A DNA stretch of 32,000 bases from Tannockella kyphosi (GTDB taxonomy: Bacteria > Bacillota_I > Bacilli_A > Erysipelotrichales > Coprobacillaceae). This document shows positions 26,076-32,000 of this stretch, piece by piece. A model generated the notes under the pieces. That model was given only the letters and a program-made list of their open reading frames with translations. It was not told the origin of the DNA and did no database searches. The stretch spans positions 960,001 to 992,000 of the forward strand of contig NZ_CP088239.1 of the NCBI RefSeq assembly GCF_021054785.1, in the 5' to 3' direction. Numbering within the stretch: the stretch's first letter is position 1; every line of letters begins with the position of its first letter. The translations under genes and the position numbers were made by a program.

Positions 26076-27347
26076 TTATTCACCACTTGCTGATTCTTCT
26101 AACAATATATCTTTGTCATACGATTTCAAGAATGGTATATACATTAACACTTGAATTACCAATAATACCATCCATAATGCACCTGCTTTCCAATCTAATG
26201 TTGCTAGCGTTGCGTTAATTGGCCCTGGTAATGTAAACGGAAAAGCAAAGATAGCTTTATTAATTAATCCGCTTGACATAAATACATAAGCTGTCGCAAC
26301 CCCTGAAACATGTGTCAAAAAGAAAGGAATAAATAATTTAAAGTTGTACACAAGAGGCATACCGAAAATAACAGGTTCACTAATTTTAAAGATACTAGGA
26401 ACAAAACCAACTTTTGCAACTGCTTTTAATCTTTCACTTTTACAAACTAATAATATCGCAATACAAGTACTGATTGTTCCAATTTCAAAAATAGGAATTA
26501 CGGCAGTAAAAGTGTATGGCAACTCTAATCCTAAATTATAAGCTTCTAAATTTGCAGCAATATTATATGCAATTAAAGGTTGAACCACAGAATTAATAAT
26601 AGAAGTTCCATGAATACCTAACCACCAAAGTATTCTTGCAAAAGAATAAAGAAGAATAACTGCACCTAATGAATCTGATGCTTGCAAGAATGGTGATAAT
26701 ATTTGTAATACAAAAGCTGGAAATAAGAATCCTAATGAATTAAATACACATCTTATCCCTATAAAGATCACGAATACCACAGTTGAAGGAATTAATGCTG
26801 CAAATGTATCTGAAACCATAGCTGGAACAGATGGTGGCATACTAATCTTAAATTTAGATTGACCTAAAACATTCAATAATTCCACTACTACAATCCCTAT
26901 AACAAATGCAGAGAACATCCCTTGAGCTCCTAAATATGTAATAGACATAGAAGCAGTAGAGGTATCTGTTATCGTTCCAAAATCCACTGTTAGCATCAAA
27001 AATGATACAGTGCCCATAATTGTAGGATTTAAAGGATTCATTTTATAATATGATGACATCTTATAAATTACACCAAATAAAACAAATATTCCAATCATTC
27101 CCATTGTTACATTGTAAAACAATGTTAACTCTGTCGCATAAGCAGTTGCAAATTCTGACCATGCTATTAAAATACCATTTGTCGTATTTGAAGCACTAAA
27201 TGGCGGTGTTTTAATAATACTAACAACACTAGAAATCATTGTTATCGTTAAAGCTCCCATCGCCCCTTGTTGTATCGATTTAATAAATCGATGTTCACTG
27301 ATTTTCCCTAATTTAGGGAGTAATGTGTCTGCGATAAATTCTCTCAT
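26076..27347 (-). CDS. PTS cellobiose/lichenan-family EIIC permease
   Basis: 423 aa polytopic membrane protein with an EIIC-Lac family sequence. RBS AGAGGAGGAA. Confidence 0.92.
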   Translation of the reverse strand: MREFIADTLLPKLGKISEHRFIKSIQQGAMGALTITMISSVVSIIKTPPFSASNTTNGILIAWSEFATAYATELTLFYNVTMGMIGIFVLFGVIYKMSSYYKMNPLNPTIMGTVSFLMLTVDFGTITDTSTASMSITYLGAQGMFSAFVIGIVVVELLNVLGQSKFKISMPPSVPAMVSDTFAALIPSTVVFVIFIGIRCVFNSLGFLFPAFVLQILSPFLQASDSLGAVILLYSFARILWWLGIHGTSIINSVVQPLIAYNIAANLEAYNLGLELPYTFTAVIPIFEIGTISTCIAILLVCKSERLKAVAKVGFVPSIFKISEPVIFGMPLVYNFKLFIPFFLTHVSGVATAYVFMSSGLINKAIFAFPFTLPGPINATLATLDWKAGALWMVLLVIQVLMYIPFLKSYDKDILLEESASGE

Positions 27348-27372
27348 TTTAATTCCTCCTCTTATACTCAGA

Positions 27373-27684
27373 CTAGTTATTTTCTTTAATCATTTTTACT
27401 GCTTTTTCATACGTTTCTTTCCCACGAACCAATCCATAATCAATGTGTTCAATCACTGCAATTGGTTTACCTAAATGTCCGTATGTTTCTTTAACACTTT
27501 TTAATTTATGAGCAATTTGAGGCCCTAACAACACCACATCAAAATCATCAATTAAATTTCCCAAATCAGAAACTGCGTGTGCTTCAATAACTGGGCTATC
27601 CCCTATTGCATTAGCATGATCTATCATTTTAGAAACTAATAAACTTGTAGAAAATCCTCCTGCACATATTAGTAAAATTCTCAT
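27373..27684 (-). CDS. PTS lactose/cellobiose-family EIIB component
   Basis: 103 aa. Active-site Cys in MRILLICAGGFSTSLLV. RBS AAAGGGGG. Confidence 0.92.
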   Translation of the reverse strand: MRILLICAGGFSTSLLVSKMIDHANAIGDSPVIEAHAVSDLGNLIDDFDVVLLGPQIAHKLKSVKETYGHLGKPIAVIEHIDYGLVRGKETYEKAVKMIKENN

Positions 27685-27737
27685 TTTCCATACCCCCTTT
27701 CCTATTTATTTAATTTTAATTTCTCTACCTACATCCA

Positions 27738-27765
27738 ATTTAACATGACTACTCCGATGCGTCAA
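27738..27765 (-). promoter_or_regulatory. candidate sigma-A promoter of the PTS operon
   Basis: The minus strand reads TTGACG (27760-27765), N16, TTAAAT (27738-27743), about 55 nt upstream of the EIIB start. Confidence 0.4.
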
Positions 27766-27773
27766 ATCGTCTA

Positions 27774-27795
27774 TTTTCCCTAATATTTAGGAAAA
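27774..27795. promoter_or_regulatory. 22-bp near-palindrome immediately upstream of the PTS -35 (candidate LicR-type activator site)
   Basis: ttttccctaatatttaggaaaa. The arms TTTTCC(C)TAA and TTAGGAAAA end 8 nt upstream of the TTGACG hexamer. Confidence 0.35.
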
Positions 27796-27895
27796 TAAAT
27801 GTCATTAAACAAATGTAGTTTTACACATATTGGACTGTAAACACTATCCGTTTAACCACTATTCCCATTGAATTTAAACTACTGATTTTATAAAC

Positions 27896-27908
27896 AAAAA
27901 CTCTAGTA
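27896..27908. repeat. left arm of a 13-bp perfect inverted repeat (split terminator hairpin of the PRD regulator gene)
   Basis: aaaaactctagta is the exact reverse complement of 30431-30443. Confidence 0.7.
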
Positions 27909-27912
27909 CTAA

Positions 27913-27920
27913 AAACGATA
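27913..27920. repeat. 8-bp target site duplication, left copy (AAACGATA)
   Basis: Identical octamer at 30405-30412. Both copies directly abut the GG-initiated inverted repeats of the ISL3-like element. Confidence 0.75.
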
Positions 27921-27933
27921 GGTAGCTTAAATT

Positions 27934-28004
27934 AACTTGGGGTTTTGTCCTGCTTTCCATTAACTTGGGGTTTTCATCTTTTTCGCTTTAAACTTATGGG
28001 GTTT
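27934..28004 (+). repeat. three direct subterminal copies of the AACTTGGGGTTT(T) motif at the left end of the ISL3-like element
   Basis: aacttggggtttt at 27934-27946 and 27962-27974 (each within an identical 16-mer attaacttggggtttt). A degenerate copy aacttatggggttt lies at 27991-28004. Confidence 0.8.
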
Positions 28005-28170
28005 ATTATCCACAATTCGAATATTTCTAAAAATAAGCTATTAGTTTGTAGTGCTCTACATTCCTAATAGCTTTTTATGTTATGATAATAAAAAAAGAGA
28101 GACGCTATCAACTTTGCCGGTTCTGCGTTACTCTCTTAACACCAACACTCACAAAGGAGGTTGCACTATT

Positions 28171-28695
28171 ATGATACATGTAAATTCAAAGAACTTCAAT
28201 ACTACTACTACAAATATTCAACAATATTTTATTGATTTCTATCAATCTATTCCTTTAGAAGAACTTACTTGTCCAAATTGTGGTGCTAGACTTATTCGTT
28301 ATGGTACGTATTCACGTACTTTAAAAACAAATGGAAAATCTAATTCTATACAAATTCAAAGAGTATGTTGTACGAATATTTATTGTACTTGTCGTCATCA
28401 TGCATTGATTCCTTCTGTATTACTTCCTGGTTGTCAATTACTATCAAAAGACATATTTGCGATTCTTCATGCTTATCATACACATAGTACTTATGATACT
28501 ATTCTTTCTACCAATCCATTATTGGACTTACGTTGGATCCAACATATTATTCATCGCTTTATTAACTACTGTTCTATAGAAAGTATCTCGATACTTTCTA
28601 ATAATACATTTCTTGAAAATTACTATTATCATTATTCTAGAGGATTTATGATAAGTCCTCATTATTCCTATTGTTTTTATACTATACCAACATAG
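28171..28695 (+). CDS. Zn-ribbon protein carried inside the IS (resembles the DUF6431 type found next to transposases)
   Basis: ORF track 28051..28695 starts at GTG. Preferred start is the ATG at 28171, after AAAGGAGG. Motifs are CPNCG...RYGTYSR...IQRVCC...C.C.HHALIPSVLLP. The family call is from memory of the motif pattern only. Confidence 0.6.
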   Translation: MIHVNSKNFNTTTTNIQQYFIDFYQSIPLEELTCPNCGARLIRYGTYSRTLKTNGKSNSIQIQRVCCTNIYCTCRHHALIPSVLLPGCQLLSKDIFAILHAYHTHSTYDTILSTNPLLDLRWIQHIIHRFINYCSIESISILSNNTFLENYYYHYSRGFMISPHYSYCFYTIPT

Positions 28696-28823
28696 GATTC
28701 CTATTCATCTTCTTCTTTTTTTATTATTCTAAAGATAGATAAAGAAAAGAAGGAGTTGATAATGATGAAATTATCAAATAAAGCAGCTATAAGCTATGAT
28801 TTATCTTGGGGTGGTGATAGATT

Positions 28824-30272
28824 ATGAATGATGATACTCTCACTATGTCCATTTGCCGTGATGACATCTTACAGTTATTCAATTTAGAAGCAAAACGTAT
28901 TGATAGCTTTGAAATACGTCCTACTTTGTTTAATGAATTAGAAATTCATGTAAAACTAAGCCGATGTTATCAAACATGTCCATGTTGTCATAATAAGACC
29001 AATACTGTAAAAGACTATGTTCCTAAAAAAATCACACATTCCTTACTACACTCTAAACCGACCTATATCTTCTATAACGCTAGAAGATATCGTTGTAAAA
29101 TATGTGGAAAATCATTCTATGAAGAAAATCCGTTCACCCATGAAAAAGCAAGAATTTCTGCCTTGACCGTATATAATGTCATTGAAGAATTCAAAAGTCC
29201 TAGAGCTACTTTTAGTGATGTTGCTGCACGTTATCATATTTCTACTACCTCCGTAATCAATTTGTTTGATCAACATGTTTCTGTAGCCAGAAAAACTCTT
29301 CCTAGATACTTGTGCCTGGACGAAAATTATGCGTTCAAATATGACAAGAGTAACTACTGTTTTGTCCTCGTTGATTTACTAACCAAGGATGTTGTTGATA
29401 TATTACCTTCACGTAAAAAGTTAGATCTATTACGTTACTTTGAAGCTATCCCTTTAGAGGAAAGAGAAGGTGTTGAACTCGTTGTTTCTGACTGTTGGAA
29501 AACATATCGTGATGTAGCTAAAAAGATGTTACCCAATAGTAAGTTTGTAGTAGATAAGTATCATATTCTAGCCGATCTTACAAAACGTGTAGATCGTATA
29601 CGTATTGATGTTATGAATGAAAACTATGTGAAGATTAGTGCAAAAGAATTAGACGCTCTACCGCCTGATAAGAAAGCAGAAATCATTCAAAAGAAACATA
29701 CATACTATGTATTAAAGAAATTCAATTGGTTAATCCATACCAATCATAAGAAAAAGAAAAAAAGAGAAAATGGAAAGATAATTGAATACTATGCTTTAGA
29801 CCCTAATAATGAAAAGAAATATAACTATGCATTAAGTAAGTTCCTTAACTTTTATGATTTATATGACCTTGTCTATCATTGTGATCCTAGATTAACAGAA
29901 GCAGTAGAACTAAAGGAATCTCTGGTTCGATTTTATAAGCAATCAACCTATAAGAATGCAAAACATAATCTAGATGAAGTGATTAAAGAATTTGAAGAAA
30001 GTACCCTCCCAGACATGAGAAAATATGCTTCTACATTAAAAGAATGGAAGAAAGGAATCATCCATTCATTTATACCTATAGATTCCCCTGTTCCTAGAAC
30101 TGCAACCAATGCGATTATAGAAAATAGAAATAAACTAATCAAAGATATTAAACGTGGTGGTAACGGATTCCGTTGTTGGCCAAGATTCCGTAATCGTATA
30201 CTCTTTGCCCTAAATAGCGAAAGCACCATGCATCTCAATCCAATAAAAAAAGAGAAACAACAAGATACCTAG
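28824..30272 (+). CDS. ISL3-family transposase
   Basis: 482 aa. N-terminal zf-ISL3 motifs (CPCCHNKT...RRYRCKICGKSF), an HTH region, and a DDE_Tnp_ISL3 core (CLDENYAF..., VVSDCWKTYRD..., VDKYH, ...TNAIIENRNKLIKDIKR). Confidence 0.92.
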   Translation: MNDDTLTMSICRDDILQLFNLEAKRIDSFEIRPTLFNELEIHVKLSRCYQTCPCCHNKTNTVKDYVPKKITHSLLHSKPTYIFYNARRYRCKICGKSFYEENPFTHEKARISALTVYNVIEEFKSPRATFSDVAARYHISTTSVINLFDQHVSVARKTLPRYLCLDENYAFKYDKSNYCFVLVDLLTKDVVDILPSRKKLDLLRYFEAIPLEEREGVELVVSDCWKTYRDVAKKMLPNSKFVVDKYHILADLTKRVDRIRIDVMNENYVKISAKELDALPPDKKAEIIQKKHTYYVLKKFNWLIHTNHKKKKKRENGKIIEYYALDPNNEKKYNYALSKFLNFYDLYDLVYHCDPRLTEAVELKESLVRFYKQSTYKNAKHNLDEVIKEFEESTLPDMRKYASTLKEWKKGIIHSFIPIDSPVPRTATNAIIENRNKLIKDIKRGGNGFRCWPRFRNRILFALNSESTMHLNPIKKEKQQDT

Positions 30273-30327
30273 TATCATTGTCATTTCCCTAAAACATAAG
30301 TTTTAAAACACTCTTCTTAGTCCTATA

Positions 30328-30357
30328 AACTTTGGGGTTTCGATAAAACCCCAAGTT
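30328..30357. repeat. hairpin formed by one direct and one inverted copy of the AACTTGGGGTTT motif near the right end of the ISL3-like element
   Basis: aactttggggttt (30328-30340), cgat, aaaaccccaagtt (30345-30357). A further degenerate inverted copy (accccagaa, 30382-30390) lies inside IRR. Confidence 0.75.
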
Positions 30358-30404
30358 ATCTTATAGCCAAATAAGTACTATACCCCAGAACTATTTATAG
30401 TGCC

Positions 30405-30412
30405 AAACGATA
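30405..30412. repeat. 8-bp target site duplication, right copy (AAACGATA)
   Basis: Identical to 27913-27920 and directly abuts IRR. Confidence 0.75.
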
Positions 30413-30430
30413 TTTCTACCATTTTACAAT

Positions 30431-30443
30431 TACTAGAGTTTTT
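30431..30443. repeat. right arm of the 13-bp perfect inverted repeat (split terminator hairpin)
   Basis: tactagagttttt is the reverse complement of 27896-27908. It begins 3 nt downstream of the regulator stop codon (30446-30448), as read on the minus strand. Confidence 0.7.
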
Positions 30444-30445
30444 AA

Positions 30446-32000
30446 CTATATTCTAAATATAAATTCCGAAAGAGAATTTGACTTAGCCAGTAGCTTCGTC
30501 TTCTTAGATGTACCAAGCTTTTCTATTAATAAATACAATTTGTTTAAATTTTCATCACTTTTTATACCATTTAAAACTATTACTTCTATTTTTCTGTTTA
30601 AATGATATATTGGTTTCTTTAAAACCATCACTGCTGACATTGTTGAATTACTGTCTAATAGCATGGTATGAGGAATGGCAACACCATTAGACATAATAGT
30701 AGAATATGCTTCCTCTCTTTCTATTATTGCCTGATAATACTTTTCTACATCCGAAAAATATCCATATTCATACATTTTCTGTGTCAAAAAATATAAGGCT
30801 TCATAATAATTCATTTCTTTTTCACCTGTGAAAAATAGTCTCTCATCAAAATAATCAAAATAGCTCTCTAAATCCACTATATTTACTGAATAGAAATTTA
30901 CATACCTTTTTATTTTATTTAAATCACTTTGTTGGACAAAGGGATTTATTTTTACAATAATATCATCCCCCTTTTTCTTCAAGAGATCAGTGCTTAAAAT
31001 AATATCATACTTATCTTCTATCTCTTCATTTTCATAATATATTTTAGATACGCAATTAATTATCTCAATTTTACCAACAAAATAATTATTTAACTTAATT
31101 TTTAAATACCTCAAATTACTGTTCTCTAAATCAGAAACTATTAAGATTTTTGTTTTTATATTTATAATTTCTAGTGCTGCCGCTACATGTAAAGTTATGT
31201 ATGATATTTCTGAATCATTCATATTCAATCCATGATTTTGATGGATTATTTTTTTTAACAAGATGCTCATTTCACTAGCTAAATAAAACTTACTTTTTAT
31301 TTCTTCTGTTAACGGATTAAACTCATCAACATCGTCATTTAATCTTTGCATTAAGTAGACAATATGATAATTAATTTGTTCAATAAAGCTACTATTTAAA
31401 CTAAAATCTAATCCATAAGTATCTTTTATAAGAGATATAAACTCTTTTACATCGTCTTCAAATAAATTGGAATTTATTTTATCATCACTTTTAATGGAAT
31501 TACTAATTATTTTATCAATATATCTTAAATCATCATTTGAAAATGATGCACTAAAGTTTTTCACTATAATTTCATATACACTTTTTGTAAGTGGATGATA
31601 TCTGTCCACACTATTTGAAGATGTCCCAGGATTAAATTTATCTCTTATAACCATCAAAACACATAAAACAGTTATGGTGATTAAATTTTTATTTGATATT
31701 GTTAAATTATTCTTAGCAAACAATTGATATATATCTTTATAAGTATCTTCTACTTTCTTGGATACACTAACATCATTAGTAATATAACCAGTTATGCTAG
31801 ATAACAACACAATACTTTCCTCAGTACTTAAATAACTTTTTACTATCTCGTTAAATAAGTATATGTAATCCTTGTCTTCTTCATGTTTAGAATTCTTTTT
31901 ATACTCTAAAAGTAAATCCTTAATGTATCTTACATCATTTTGAATAGTCGTTTGAGCGCAATATAGTGTTTTACATATTTCATTAATCGTACTAAATTGA
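30446..32000 (-). CDS. PRD-domain PTS regulator, LicR/BglG-Mga family (HTH, PRD, EIIB-like and EIIA-like domains); 5' end outside the window
   Basis: ORF track 30446..31810 starts at an internal GTG. The same frame stays open to position 31999, adding QFSTINEICKTLYCAQTTIQNDVRYIKDLL (the HTH), so the gene continues beyond the window. The C-terminus has a PTS EIIA-2 motif (MSNGVAIPHT). Confidence 0.85.
   Translation of the reverse strand, partial: QFSTINEICKTLYCAQTTIQNDVRYIKDLLLEYKKNSKHEEDKDYIYLFNEIVKSYLSTEESIVLLSSITGYITNDVSVSKKVEDTYKDIYQLFAKNNLTISNKNLITITVLCVLMVIRDKFNPGTSSNSVDRYHPLTKSVYEIIVKNFSASFSNDDLRYIDKIISNSIKSDDKINSNLFEDDVKEFISLIKDTYGLDFSLNSSFIEQINYHIVYLMQRLNDDVDEFNPLTEEIKSKFYLASEMSILLKKIIHQNHGLNMNDSEISYITLHVAAALEIINIKTKILIVSDLENSNLRYLKIKLNNYFVGKIEIINCVSKIYYENEEIEDKYDIILSTDLLKKKGDDIIVKINPFVQQSDLNKIKRYVNFYSVNIVDLESYFDYFDERLFFTGEKEMNYYEALYFLTQKMYEYGYFSDVEKYYQAIIEREEAYSTIMSNGVAIPHTMLLDSNSTMSAVMVLKKPIYHLNRKIEVIVLNGIKSDENLNKLYLLIEKLGTSKKTKLLAKSNSLSEFIFRI

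Larger units (their letters stand above)
27921..30404 (+). mobile_element. ISL3-family insertion sequence carrying an extra Zn-ribbon ORF (2484 bp)
   Basis: IRL is GGTAGCTTAAATTAACTTGGGGTTTTGTCC. The reverse complement of IRR is GGCACTATAAATAGTTCTGGGGTATAGTAC (18 of 30 match, GG ends). It is flanked by the 8-bp direct repeat AAACGATA and contains the ISL3 transposase gene. Confidence 0.8.

Noticed and set aside
27934-28004. Repeated AACTTGGGGTTT units as a possible small CRISPR array.
   Set aside because: The units are only about 13-16 nt and there are three copies. The spacing is too short for CRISPR spacers (about 12-16 nt between units), there are no cas genes, and inverted copies occur at the other end of an IS. 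They are IS terminal and subterminal repeats.
29747-29772. A-rich tract (aagaaaaagaaaaaaagagaaaa) inside the ISL3 transposase gene as a programmed frameshift or slippage site.
   Set aside because: The frame is continuous across it (HKKKKKRENGK) and conserved C-terminal motifs follow in the same frame. No alternative-frame ORF begins there.

Overview
Visibly AT-rich chromosomal window from a low-GC Bacillota genome using the standard code (TGG encodes Trp, and all three stop codons terminate full-length proteins). Gene order is a compressed version of the Bacillus subtilis yqg-yqi region, so an Erysipelotrichales-like lineage is plausible but cannot be shown from the sequence alone.

Positions 1-22344 are housekeeping genes, almost all on the minus strand: dxs (partial), ispA, xseB, xseA, nusB, an Asp23-family gene, a lone SpoIIIAH-like gene, efp, a seven-gene comGA-GG competence pseudopilus operon, an MBL-fold hydrolase, rpmG, a four-gene glycyl-radical-enzyme module (Fsa-type aldolase, GRE, activase, DeoR regulator), a class B PBP, lepA, a tail-less SSB, acpS, an E/K-rich hypothetical, ytpR-like and ytpP-like genes, trmB and an RsuA-family pseudouridine synthase.

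Positions 22352-30412 are an accessory mosaic:
- a decayed group II intron RT fragment;
- an apparently intact IS3-family element;
- a truncated IS4/IS1634-like transposase pseudogene;
- a cellobiose-type PTS EIIB-EIIC-EIIA operon;
- a 2.48-kb ISL3-like element carrying a Zn-ribbon passenger gene, with an 8-bp target duplication, inserted into the terminator hairpin of a LicR/BglG-type PRD regulator that runs off the right edge.

I found no rRNA, tRNA or CRISPR array, and no convincing new multi-gene system. The most interesting points are an Arg32-type EF-P loop, the GRE-Fsa module, the orphan SpoIIIAH relic, and the architecture of the two insertion sequences. All coordinates, motifs and repeats were read by eye; no searches or computations were run.
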